A model generated the notes under the pieces. That model worked only from the letters and a program-made list of their open reading frames with translations, made no database searches and was not told the DNA's origin. From Mobula birostris (Eukaryota), in contig NC_092377.1 of assembly GCF_030028105.1 (NCBI RefSeq), forward strand, positions 22,440,782-22,504,781: a DNA stretch of 64,000 nucleotides, in the 5' to 3' direction. The translations under genes and the position numbers were made by a program. Shown here piece by piece: positions 23,250-36,184 of this stretch (position 1 is the first letter of the stretch; each line of letters begins with the position of its first letter).

Positions 23250-26200
23250 CAAAAATTTCAACAGTGGTTTGCCGTTGCCTTCTGTTGCCGCAGTGCTTAT
23301 CTAACTAGAGCATTTGACCTCTACTGGTGTTCCCAATTGGGAATCATACACTAGACATCGCCCAACCTTTACTGTTGTACAAAGACAATTCTCCACCAAA
23401 GCTTGGAATCCGTCTCCCTGCTGCCGGAGACTTCAGTGATTTTAGGTGACACCACCACCATTGGTCTGGTTATTTTTCTGGCGCCAAACATTTGCCATAG
23501 ACAGAGCTCCTTCAGTGAGACAGGGTGCACCCGGACCTAAGCCCTAAGTGAAGGCGGAGTTGTCTTGGGCAGTAGAAGCTATGTAATCGCTATTGGCTTT
23601 TCCTGATATTTAGTCAGGACCCAACCACCCCATACACCCCATAGTCAATCATGGAAAGAAACAAAAGAAGGAAACCAGACGACAGCGTGAGTGGGGTTGA
23701 TTCTAATCAACAGAACAACACCTCGCACGGTAGGGGTAGTCATGTGCTGCAGGTGACACCAGACTGTCATCCAGAGACTGTAAGCAATAGGGAAAGGCTA
23801 AGGGTAGCAACATGGAACATCCGTACACTTTACCAGAAAGGAAAGTTGGACAACATATTAAATGAAATGAAAAGGTTGGAAGTTGATATCTTAGGCCTGT
23901 CAGAAATTAAATGGACTGATAGTGGCAAATTCATTAAGAATAGTTCTCTGATGTATTCTGGAGGTCAACAGCATATGTATGGAATATAAAAACGCAAACA
24001 CGAGGAATTCTGCAGATGCTGGAAATTCAAGCAACACACATCAAAGTTGCTGGTGAATGCAGCAGGCCAGGCAGCATCTCTAGGAAGAGGTACAGTCGAC
24101 ATTCCCGGCCGAGACCCTTCGTCAGGACCAACTGAAGGAAGAGCTCGTAAGAGATTTGAGAGGGGGAGGGGGAGATCCAAAATGATAGGAGAAGACAGGA
24201 GGGGGAGGGATGGAGCCACGAGCTGGACAGGTGATTCGCAAAAGGGATATAAGAGGATCATGTGATAGGAGGCCCAGGGAGAAGGAAAAGGGGGAGGGGG
24301 GGAAAAACCCAAGAGGATGGGCAAGGGGTATAGTCAGAGGAACAGAGGGAGAAAAAGGAGAGAAAGAGAAAGAATGTGTGTATATAAATAAATAACTGAT
24401 GGGGTATGAGGGGGAGGTGGGGCAGCAGCAGAAGTTAGGGAAGTCAATGTTCATGCCATCAGGTTGGAGGCTACCCAGATGGAATATAAAGTGTTGTTCC
24501 TCCAACCTGAGTGTGGCTTCATCTTTACAGTAGAGGAGGCCATGGACAGACATATCAGAATGGGAATGGGATGTGGAAATAAAATGTGTGGCCACTGGGA
24601 GATCCTGCTTTCTCTGGCGGACAGAGTATAGGTGTTCAGCAAAACGATCTCCCATTCTGCATCAGGTCTCGCTAATATATAGAAGGCCACATCGGGAGCA
24701 CCGGACGCAGTATATCACCCCAGCTGGAAGGACTGTCTGGGGCCCTGAATGGTGGTAAGGGAGGAAGTGTAAGGACATGTGTAGCACTTGTTCCGCTTAC
24801 AAGGATAAGTGCCAGGAGGGAGATCGGTGGGGGGGGGATGGGGGGTACGAATGGACAAGGGAGTCGTGTAGGGAGCGATCCCTGCAGAAAGCAGAGAGTG
24901 GGGGGGGGGGGTAAGAAGTGCTTAGTGGTGGGATCCTGTTGGAAGTGGCGGAAGTTATGGAGAATAATATGTTGGATCCAGAGGCTGGTGGGGTGGTAGT
25001 TGAGGACCAGGGGAACCCTATTCCTAGTGGGGTGGCAGTAGGATGGAGTGAGAGCAGATGTGCGTGAAATGGGGGAGATGTGTTTGAGAGCAGAGTTGAT
25101 GGTGGAGGAAGGGAAGCCCCTTTCTTTAAAAAAGGAGGACATCTCCCTCATCCTGGAATGAAAAGCCTCATCCTGAGAGCAGATGTGGCGGAGACAGAGG
25201 AATTGCGAGAAGGGGATGGCATTTTTGCAAGAGACAGGGTGAGAAGAGGAATAGTCCAGATAGCTGTGAGAGTCAGTAGGCTTAAAGTAGACATCAATAG
25301 ATAAGCTGTCTCCAGAGATAGAGACAGAAAGATCCAGAAAGGTGAGGGAGGTGTCGGAAATGGACCAGGTAAACTTGAGGGCAGGGTGAAAGTTGGAGGC
25401 AAAGTTAATGAAGTCAACAAGCTCAGCATGTGTGCAGGAAGCAGCGCCAATGCAGTCGTTGATGTAGCGAAGGAAAAGTGGGGGACAGATACCAGAATAA
25501 GTTTGGAACATAGATTGTTCCACAAAGCCAACAAAAAGCATATGTATGGAGTTGGAATTATTTTAAACAAACACGTATCAAAATATCTTCTGGGATATTG
25601 GGCGATATCCGATCGGCTGCTCTTAGTTAAATTAAGGAACCCTTTTAACATTAGCATAATCCAAGCCTACGCACCAACAAATGATGCGGACGTAGAGGAT
25701 ATCAACAAGTTTTATGAAGATCTCGACAGTGCTTATGAGCAATGTAAATCTCAGGATATAAAACTAGTCATGGGAGATTTTAACGCCAAAGTTGGACAGG
25801 AAAGGGTTGATAACATCATAGGACCCTTTGGATTAGGGGAGAAAAATGAAAACGGAGAAAGGTTTACTGATTGGTGTGTCAGAAACAACCAAGTGATCAC
25901 TGATACTTGGTACAAGAACCATGCAGTAGATTGTGTACTTGGATTAGCTCTGGAGATAGAACAAGGAATCAAGTAGATTTCATTACCATCAATGAGTGGT
26001 TTAGAAATAATATCACAAATTCTAAAGCCTACCCGGGAGCAGACTGTGGTTCAGATCACCATCCAGTAATAGCTACCATTAAAACAAAATTAAAGAAACT
26101 GAAATGTGGGAAAAAAGAGAAAGTAGTATATGTTGGGAGAACTTAAAAAAGATAGCATACTTAAGCAACAATTCAAGACAGCTGCAGAAGAACACCTCAA

Positions 26201-28155
26201 CGAAAACGTAACAACACCTATTTGGGACAGATTTAAATATGCTATACAGCAATCAGTAGAGGAGATAATCCCAGTACAAGAAATCCAACACACCAACAAG
26301 GGGTGGATCACTCAAGAAATTCTATGATCTAATGGAACAAAGAAGGTTAGTGAAGAATAATGAAGTGCTATACAGAGAGCTAGACAGACAGATCAGACAA
26401 TTGTACAATATTGCAAAGGGAGAATGGCTGAATCAAAAATGCAATGAAGTAGAAGGCCATATTAACAACAGCAAAGAAATGCACAAGAAAATTAAGGAAA
26501 TTACTGGAATTAAGAAAACCTCCTCTACAGGATGCATAAGATCAGCAGACGGATCCATACTAACAGATCCAGATAAAGTACGTGAGAGGTGGATTCAGTA
26601 TATAGAGCAGCTGTTTGAGGATAATACCCCCAGATATTAAACACCCTAATTCTGGCCCACCTATTACCAAAGAAGAAATACCTAAAGCAATGAAAAGCAT
26701 GAAACATGGTAAAGCCACTGGACCTGCTGAAATTTCAGTGTAAATGTTACAAGCCCTAAAAGATCTGGGCATATCTATTCTGTTTGAACCGTTTAATGGC
26801 ATATATGAGTCTGCTGTATTGCCTGACGAGCTCTTGAAATCAGTATTTATAATTCTGCCAAAAATTCCTGGAACTATTGACTGCGAAAATTATAGAACAA
26901 TCAGTTTTATGAGTCATTATAAAAAATTCGTTGAGAATTGTTCTGAGTCGAATTAAAACCAAGTTAATACCAGAAACTTCTAAACTGCAATATGGGTTTA
27001 TTGAGGATAGAGGAACTAGGAACGCAATTTTCATACTATGAATGCTTTCAGAAAGGGCAATTGAATATCAAAATGATGCCTTTTTATGTTTTATTGATTT
27101 CACTAAAGTATTCGACAAAGTGCAACATGAAAAATTATTTCAAATTCTCGCTAAATTAAACATTGACGGAAGGGACCAACAACTGTTTCAAAACTTATAT
27201 TGGAACCAAACGGCGGCAGTAAAAATTGATGATAATATAAGCAGTTGGACTAAAATTCAAGGAGGAGTTAGACAGGGATGCGTTGCCTCACCAGAATTAT
27301 TTAATATCTGTAGTGAAATGATACTCAGAGAAATAGATGGATGGGATAAAAACTGGGGGTGTTAACATCAACAATATAAGACATGCAGACCATACCACCC
27401 TAATAGCAAGTGCTGCAGGAAACCTACAAATCCTCCTGGGCAAAGTAGTACAAACAAGTGCAGATTTTGGTCTAACCATCAACTGCAAAAAAACCCCCAA
27501 ATGTATGGTAATATCAAAACAGCAGGATACTCCCAAATGCCAATTGTACATCGGTAACCAAGAGATTGAACAAAGGACCAGCTTTAATTACCTTGGTAGC
27601 TTTACATCACAAGATGCTAGAAGTAGAGAAAAAAAAATTGCCATTGCCAAAACCAACTTCCAAAAAATGAAACCCATTTTTAGCAACAGACACAGTTCTA
27701 TAACAACAAGGCTTAGGCTACTAAAATGTTACATATGATCAATCTTGCTGTATGCTTCCAAAAGATGGACTATAACACCAGAACTCCAAAGAAACTTAGA
27801 AGGAACAGAAATGTGGTTTCTTAGAAGAATGCTAAAAATATCATATAGAGATAGGGTAACTAATGAGACAGTACTCCAAAGTGCCCAGACAAAAAAGATC
27901 TTTAATGAGAACATTAAATGAGAGGAAACTTAAATTCCTGGGCCATGTCGTCAGAAAGGGAGAAATAGAATGCCTTACATTACAAGAGCGTATGCCTAGG
28001 AACTGTGGAAGAGGAAGGCAAAGAAGAAAATATATGGACACTGTGAAAGAACTAACAGATCTAAGTGTGCGAGATATCATTGACACTGCGTGGGATCGTT
28101 CGATGTGGGAAAGCCGTGATCGCCCAGGCGTGTAACGCACAAGGCACATGAAGAA
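23250..28155 (+). mobile_element. Full-length, degenerate RTE-clade LINE
   Basis: ATG 23651. LRVATWNIRTL..LGLSEIKW, QAYAPT, MGDFNAKVG, GSDHHPV (APE); FIDFTKVFDKV, GVRQGCVASP (RT). (GAA)n tail. TSD GGTGATATC[T/A]AGG at 23237-23249 and 28156-28168. Confidence 0.92.
23984..25536 (-). mobile_element. Penelope-like element nested in the RTE endonuclease domain
   Basis: RT thumb and GIY-YIG ORFs (24672-25541, 24122-24655). 14-bp TSD AGCATATGTATGGA at 23970-23983 and 25537-25550. Damaged hammerhead at 24093-24130. Confidence 0.92.
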
Positions 28156-28199
28156 GGTGATATCAAGGACATTAGCAAATTGTATTTTCCTAAAAGTTT

Positions 28200-28950
28200 A
28201 TGACCATGAGATGCAGCAGTAGAAGTACGACATTTGGCCCATCGAGTCTGCTCCATCATTTCATTATGGCTGATCCATTTCCCTCTCAGCCCCAATCTAC
28301 TGCCTTCTCCACTTATCCCTTCATGCTCTATCAACCCCTGCCTAAAATACACACAATGAACTGGCCTCCACAGCCGCCTCTGGCAAATTCCATAGATTCA
28401 CCATTCTTTGCTAAAGAAAAACTTTCTCATTTCCACTCTAAATGGACATCCCTCTATTCTGAGATCTGGTCCTAGACTCCAGCACAAGAAACATTCTCTC
28501 CACATCCACTCTACCAAGGCTTTTCAGCATTTGATAGGTTCCAATGAAATCACCCCTGATTCTTCTGAATTCCAGTGAGAAGAGGCCCGGAGCCATCAAA
28601 TACTCATATGATAAGCCTTTGAATCTCAGAATCATTTTTGTGATCCTCCTTTGAAACCTCTTCAATGTCAGCATGTTCCTTCTTAAATAAGGAGCCCCAA
28701 ACAACTCTCAATACTCCAAGTGAGGCCTCACCAGGGCCTTCTAAAGTCTGAGCATCACATCCTTGTTTTTATATTCTAGTCCTCTAACATTGCATTTGCC
28801 TTCCTCACCACCGACTCAACCTGTAAAATAACCTTTAGGGAATCCTGCACAAGGACTCCCAAGTCCCTTTGCACCTCAGATTTTTGAATTTTCTCTCCAT
28901 TTAAAAATAATTACTCTTTCTGCCAAAGTGCATGACCACACACTTTGTGA
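28200..28950 (-). mobile_element. CR1 LINE 3' fragment
   Basis: APYLRRNMLTLKRFQRRITKMI..GLFSLEFRRIRGD. Confidence 0.75.
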
Positions 28951-29473
28951 CTTCTTCTACCAAAAGTTATAATACCAATGTATCGTTCAATTACTTCCTG
29001 TTACAAACTCAACAGGGTAATATGCCAATATTTAAATGTAATTACCCACCACTATGTGCTGATCTTAATCTAGGAGTGCTAAGCAAAACGTGATGCAAGT
29101 AGCATAACATGATTTGTGTGTGAAGCACAATGTTTTAGTGGAGTTCTATACAGTAAGAGAAAAAAATAAAGTTGTAACTAGGGGTTCAGACAAATGTGGA
29201 TTTCAGAAAATTGGACTGTTCATTCATTTTAGCTGAAAGGATCAATAACGGTGCTAAGTGGTTCAAGATTCAGACCGCAGATAGTTATTCAGCTGATGAG
29301 GACAAGATAAAGGTTAGTATTGATACACCACACAGTCAAATAGCAAGTATTCACCCCTATAAACATTATGGTAGTGATGAAATAGTGTTTGAGAAATGAA
29401 TTTGGTAATGAAGTATAAATCAGAACAATTCTTTCAAGCCTTTAAGTCTTGTAATACAAAACAGTTTTTATAC

Positions 29474-29563
29474 CTTTAACACGTGTTGAAAAATCCAAGT
29501 CTTCACCTTTTTTCCTTTTGCCAGGCTTATTACTTTTCTTCACTGCCGGTGCACTGTCGACCT
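29474..29563 (-). CDS. CEBPZ: CEBPZ exon 13
   Basis: EVDSAPAVKKSNKPGKRKKGEDLDFSTRVK, phase 1-1, cAG acceptor, GTATAA donor. Confidence 0.85.
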
Positions 29564-30429
29564 CTGTACGTGAGCATAAGCATTGCATAGCATTTGGTTA
29601 AATTACATTACAAAGTGTCTATTCTGATCGCAGAGCATGGTATTCAATCAAGTCATAGAGAAGTACAGCACAGAAACAGACCATTTGGCCCATCTAGTTC
29701 ATGCTGAAACCAGTTAAACTGCCAAATCCCATTGACCTGCACTGGGACCATAGCTCTCAATACCCTGACTATCCATGTACTATCCAAACTTATCTTAAAC
29801 GTTAAAATCCAGCTTACATGCACCACCTGAACCAGCAGCTCATTCCACACTCTCACGACCCTCTGAGTGAAAAAGTTTGCCCTCATGTTCTCCTTACATT
29901 TCCCACCTTTCATCCTTAACTCATGACCTCAGGTTGTAGTCCCACCCAACCTCAGTTGAAAAAGCCTGCTTGCATTTACCCTATCTATACTGCTCATAAT
30001 TTTGTATATCTTGATCAAACCTCCTCTCAATCTTCTACATTACAGTCCTAACCTAATCAATCTTTCCTTATAACTCAGGTCCTCCAGATCTTGCAACATC
30101 CTTGTAAATTTACTCTGTACTCTTTCAACCTTGTTTACATCTTTCTTGAAGGTAGGTGACTAAAATTGCGCACAATACTCCAAATTAGGCCTCACCAACA
30201 TCTTATACAAGTTCAAAATAACATCCCATCTCCTGTACTCAATACATTGATCTACATAGGCCAATGTGCCAAAAGCTTTCTTTACGATCCTATCTACCAG
30301 TGTCACCACTTTCAATGAAGTATGGACCTATATTCCCAGATCCTTTTGTTCTACCACACTCCTCATTCAGTACGTAAGGCCTATCTTGATTGGTCCCACC
30401 GAGTGCAAAACCTTGCATTTGTCTGTAGA

Positions 30430-30770
30430 TGTGAACTTCTCATTATTCAGGACATTCTCAGAGACAGTTACGTAAAAAGGGCTAGAAGGATCACTGGGGA
30501 GCTGAGTCACCCCAACCACATACTGTTCCAGCTGCTACCATCTGAGAAACGGTATTGCAGCATTAAAGCCAGGACCAACAGGCTCCGGGACAGCTTCTTC
30601 CACCAGGCCATCAGACTGATTAATTACTCTGATACAATTGTATTTCTATGCTATATCGACTGTCCTGTTGTACATACTATTCATTACAAATTACTATAAA
30701 TTGCACAATTGAAACGTCACAAAGATTTTTACTCATGAATGTGAATGTAAGAAATAAATTCAATTCATTA
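30430..30770 (+). mobile_element. Rex1/Babar-like 3' fragment nested in CR1
   Basis: HPNHILFQLLPSEKRYCSIKARTNRLRDSFFHQAIRLIN followed by an AATAAATTCAATTCA tail. Confidence 0.75.
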
Positions 30771-31924
30771 AATTCTATCTGCCATTTTTCCAGCTGATGC
30801 AGATCCCTCTGCAAGCCATGACAGCCTTCCTCACTGTCCACTGTCCACTACACCCCCAATCCTGGTGTCATCACCCAGCACAGATCCCTGCGGCACACCA
30901 GTAGTCACAGACCTCCAGTCAAAAAGGCAACCTTCTATAACCACTCTCTGGCTTCTCCCACAGAGCTGATGTCTAATCCAATTGACTACCTCATCCTGAA
31001 TGCTGAGTGACTGCATCTTCTTGACCAGCCTCCCACGCTGGACCTTGTCAAATGCTGTACTAAAGTCCATGTAGACAACATCCACTGCCTTGCCTTCATC
31101 CAGTTTCCTGGTAACTTCCTCGAAAAATTCTGTAAGATTGGTTAGACATCATCTACCTTGCATGAAGCGGTGCTATCTATCCTTACTCAATCCATGTCTA
31201 TCCAAATACTTACATATCCGGTCCCTTAGAATACCTAACAATAATTTTCACACAACTGATGTCAAACTCACCAGCCGATAATTTCCTGGTTTATTTTTAG
31301 AGCCTTTTTTAAACAGCGGAACGACATTGGCTCTCCTCCAATGGTCTGGTACCTCCGCTGTTGCTAAGGATAATTTAAATCTCTACTAGGGCCATGGCAA
31401 TATCAGCACTTGCCTTCCATAGGGTACAAGTGAACACCTCGTCAGGCCCTGGGGATTTATTCACCCTGACTTGCCTCAGGCTAGCAAACACCACCTCCTA
31501 TGTAATCTGTACAGGGTCCATGAAGTCGATGCCTCTTTGCCTTACTTTTATAGACCCTGTGTCCATCTCCTGAGTAAATACAGATACAAAAAAAAAATTT
31601 AAGATCTCCCCCATCTGTTTTGGCTCCACACACGGATCATCATCATGATCTTCCAGAGTCCAATTTTGTCCCTTGCAATCCTTTTGCTCTTAACATATTT
31701 GTAGAATCGCTCACAATTCTCCCTCACCTTGTCTGCTAGAGCAACTTCATGCCTTCTTTTAGCCCTCCTGATTTCTTTCTTAAGTGTTCTCTTGCATTTC
31801 TTGTACCCCACAAGCACCTCATTTGTTCCTACAACACACACAAAATGCTGGTGGACAGGCAACATCATTTGTTCCTAGTTGCCTATACCTGCTAAGCACC
31901 TCCTTTATTCTCTTAGCATATATG

Positions 31925-32229
31925 TATAGGCATCCGTTAGTCTCGTGAGACCATGGATTTGTGCCTTGGAAGGTTTCCAGGGCGCAGGCCTGGGCAAGGT
32001 TGTATGGAAGACCAGCAGTTCCCATGCTGCAAGTCTCCCCTCTCCACGCCACTGATGTTGTCCAAGGGAAGGGCATTAGGACCCATACAGCTTGGCACCG
32101 GTGTTGTCGCAGAGCAATGTGTGGTTAAGTGCCTTGCTCAAGGACACAACACACTGCCTTGACCAAGGCTCGAACTAGTAACCTTCAGATCACTAGATGA
32201 TCGCCTTAAACACTTGGCCATGTGCCAGC
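31925..32229 (-). mobile_element. tRNA-derived SINE (same family as 58293-58596)
   Basis: A box TGGCCAAGTG and B box AGTTCGAGCC on the minus strand. Body nearly identical to the 58.3 kb copy. Confidence 0.85.
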
Positions 32230-34115
32230 ACAATTCTCTTAACAAAGCCCTCAATATCTCTTGAAAAAGAATGTTCCCTACACACTTGTTATCTTTAACT
32301 TCTACCCTGAAAGGTACATACAAGCTTTGTACTCTCAAAATTTCACTTTTGAAGGTCTTCCACTTAAGTACACATTTGCCAGAAAACAGTTTGTCCTAAT
32401 CCACACTTGCCAGATTATTTCTGATACCATCAAAATTGGCCTTTCTCCAATTTAGAATCTCAACCCATGGACCAGATCTATCTCTTTACATATTTACTTT
32501 GACACTAATGGCATTGTGATCTCTGGATGCAAAGTATTCCCCAACGCAAACTTCTGTCACCTGCCCTGTCTCATTTCCTAATAGCATATCCAGTACTGCA
32601 CGCTCTCTCGTTGGGACTTCTATGTACTGATGAAGGAAATTTTCCTGAACACATTTGACAAACTCTATGCCATCTAGTCTTTTTTCCAGTATGGGAGTCC
32701 CAGTCAATATGTGGAAAGTTAAAATCACCTACAATAACAATCTTAAGTTTCTTGCAACAGTCTGCGATTTCTTTACAAATTTGTTCCTCTAAATCTCTAT
32801 GATTGTTGGGTGGTCTTCTGCATACAGCCCCATTAATGCAGTCATACCTTTCTTATTTCTCCATTCCAACTCAGTAGAGTTCTCCAGTCTTCCTGATGAA
32901 GCACTGCCATGACATTTACCCTGACTAGTAACACCACCCCTCCTCCTTTAATCCAGGTATTGATCCATGGCCTGAGCCATCCGCCTTCCCTATGATACTT
33001 CTTGCATTGAAATATACGCAGCTCAGGACACTAGTCACACCATGCTCAACCTTTTGATTCGTCTTTTCGGAGGTTACCATTATCTGTTTCCACAACTTCT
33101 CCACTAACTGTTCTGGCACTCTGGTTCCCATACCCCTGCAACTCTAGTTTAAACTCCACTGTGCAGCATTAACAAACCTTCCCACTAGGATATTAGATCA
33201 CCCCCCCTCCCCCCCCCACCAGTTCAGGTGCAAACCACCCCTTCTGTACAGGTCCCATCTTCCTTGGAAGAGAGCCCAACGATCCAAAAATCTTATGCCC
33301 TCCCTCCTAACCAACTCCGTAGCCACTAATTAAATTGTATGTTCTTCCTAGTTCTGGCCTCACTAGCACATGGCATGGTAGCAATCCTGAGATCACAACC
33401 CTGGAGTCCTGCCCTTTAATTTAGCACCAAACTCCCTGAACCCCATATGCAGAACCTTGTCACTTGTCCTACCCATGCCATTAGTACCTATGTGGACCAT
33501 GACATCTAGATGTTCACCCTCCCACTTAAGAATGCTGAGGACTCGATCCAAAAAGTTCCAGACCCTGGCACCCGGGAGGCAACATACCATCTGGGAATCC
33601 TGTTCTTACCCATAGAACCTCCTTTCAGCAACTCTAACTAATAAATTCCCAATCACTGCAGCGCGCCTCTTCTCCCCCCTTCCCTTCTGAGTCACAGAGG
33701 CAGACGCAGTGCCAGAGACCCAAACGCTGTGACTTTTCCTGTTAGCTCAATCCCCCTGACACCATCCAAAGTGGAATACTTGTTTTTGAAATGGGATGGC
33801 CACAGAGGTACCCTGAACTGGCTCATGAACCCCTTTCCCCTTGCTCACTGTCACTGAAAAGGTAAATTGAAAGTTTGAAATTGTTACTTGAAACCCCACT
33901 TAAGGATTTTGTAGAGTTGAAGGTAGAACTGCTATTTAGTTTTCAACAGATGAAACACCTGAACACACTAAGCAAATCTTTTAATATCTTTTATTTATGA
34001 GAGTGCACATGAACTTAAAAGCTGAGGATATGTTAATATTCTTCCTCTCCTTGACAGCTGGCTAATATTGTGAACTGGCAATATTATTGAATAGCGCTGA
34101 ATATACAAATAGTAC

Positions 34116-34300
34116 CTTCATCATCCGTATCATTCAAAAATAGACCAGCATCTTCTCCCACAACTTCACCAAAGTCTTCCTCCTCCAAGCTTCCTAATGA
34201 CACTTCTTCGTCATCCAGATTATTCACATCATCATCATCGTCATCTGAATCTGAATCAACTTGCTCATCAGTTTCCTTTGATGATTTTGGCTTCATATTA
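34116..34300 (-). CDS. CEBPZ: CEBPZ exon 12 (acidic region)
   Basis: NMKPKSSKETDEQVDSDSDDDDDD..LDDEEVSLGSLEEEDF, phase 2-1. Confidence 0.92.
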
Positions 34301-35165
34301 CTGTTAACATAGTAAATATTTTTTCAGTTAGTGAGTGATTCTTTAAAAAATCTCCAATGACAACAACCACAAGTCTTAGAAATAAGTATTGGAAATTGCC
34401 TAACGAGAAAACAATTTGCTGTTGGTTTTTCTTCCATGTTCTTAAAGTATAGCAAAACACTTTCTGCTTGGTATTTCTATTTGTATGATGATTACAATCT
34501 CCTCGATCAAATTAAATACATGAAGTTACTGCAGGTGTTGGAATATGGGGCAACTTCTGCAGTGGATTATGTAGTATTTACTTATTTATTGAGATACAGC
34601 ACAAAACAGTATCTGTGAGAGCCGTGGGAGTCGAAATTGTTTCAGGTCAAAACCTGCACCAGTTCTAAAACTGGAGAATGCACACAGCAAAAAGGAGAGA
34701 GACAGAATAGAGGAACACTATAGATGATTGATGGATTGGAAGAAAGTAGGGCTTCCCAGGTAACCATATCATGTTTATTTTCTCCCTAGAGGCGCTGTAC
34801 TTTTCTGTTTCAAATTATTTAGTTGTTTTCCATTTAAAAGTGATTACTACCATGCAATCTTTTGTGCCCACTCTATTTTCTCATTTCTCACTATCCTGTC
34901 TTCATCTGGAACTTAACCTGGTTGTTTTCTTATTTTTCCAGCTCTGGTGACAGGTCCTCAAACTGAAACATTGGTTCTGTTGCTCTCCCACTGATGTGGC
35001 TTGACCCATTGAACACTTTCAGCATTTACAGTTTTTGTTTTGTATTTTCCAGCATTTGCAGTGTTTTGCTTCAACAGATAGGCTTAAACCAAAGAGCACG
35101 TAATAAGCAAAAGGACAAACACTCTCAAAGAAAACAGGTTGGTAGATTGAATTATGCAATATTAC

Positions 35166-35223
35166 CTTGCAAAATCTAAACTGTCTTCGATGGTTTTAAA
35201 ATATTTATCTCCTTCAAGGGAAT
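35166..35223 (-). CDS. CEBPZ: CEBPZ exon 11
   Basis: DSLEGDKYFKTIEDSLDFA, phase 1-2. Confidence 0.9.
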
Positions 35224-35400
35224 CTGCAAATGGTAAGTGGCATAAGTGTTTAAAACTTTTCACTTTTGACTTGTACAATGGAATCAACAGCTGATAGATC
35301 ATTTTGAGAGAAGCAGTTTTTATATATAAGCACAATTCATAATTCCACACATAAATGCTCCAAGTTTTTTACTGAACCTATATAGATTAATAAGGTTTAC

Positions 35401-35501
35401 CTAGCAATTGTTCAAACTCATCATCATCCACATCTTCCACAGCTTCTTCGCCTCTGTGAAATCTTTGTGATTTTTGCAATGCATCAAGCTTTTTGTAATA
35501 C
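35401..35501 (-). CDS. CEBPZ: CEBPZ exon 10
   Basis: YYKKLDALQK..EEAVEDVDDDEFEQLL, phase 2-1. Confidence 0.92.
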
Positions 35502-36184
35502 CTGAATAAGGTTCATGTGTAATAATTAGAAATTTCAAACATCACATGTTAATTTTCTTAAAATAATCTTCAGTTTTGCCACTCTGATCAGAAAGAATTC
35601 AGATTCAAAATGATGTTAATCTCTGTATTCAACCTACCCCACTTGGACCCAGTTTAAGCTACTGGAGCACACTGAAAGCCACTGCTAAACCAGAGGTGTA
35701 CAAGGTAAATCACTGCTTTTCATTATTCACTAAAATCTAACCAAAATTATCTCTAAATTATGGATTGTTGAATGCATTTTAATCTGCATACAAGGAATGG
35801 TTCACCAGAATGAGGCATTAAGTAGTAATGAAACACAGGATACAAACTGCCTTGAGAAACTAACAAAAGACTCCTGTTAAAATGTAAAGGTCTGTTGCTC
35901 ATGGTACTGTGAAATACAGGCAAGGTAATTAACTTGTCAATTGTGACTCAGTGGTACTATAATATGCAAGTAAGCAAGCTGAGAGTTCATTTTCTACTTC
36001 AAAGACTTGTGCAAACATATTTAGGCTGGCACTCCAGGGCAACATTGAGGGAACATTACACTGGCAAATGTTCTGTCTTTCAGGTAATGTGTTAAATTGT
36101 GTCATTATTCTGATCAGGGAAAGGGAAAATTTTCCCAAATCCTAGCCAATATTAATCCCTCACCCAAAGGTTTCAAAACTATTT

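Larger units (their letters stand above)
29650..33855 (-). mobile_element. Long degenerate CR1 LINE (ORF1 esterase-like, ORF2 EN+RT), with deletions and nested inserts
   Basis: VCCLPGARV...VMVHIGTN (ORF1); LSCVYFNARSI, FASRDHNAI (EN); DVVYMDFSTAFDKV, GVPQGSVLG (RT); FFTQRVVRVWNELL (C-terminus). Confidence 0.85.
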
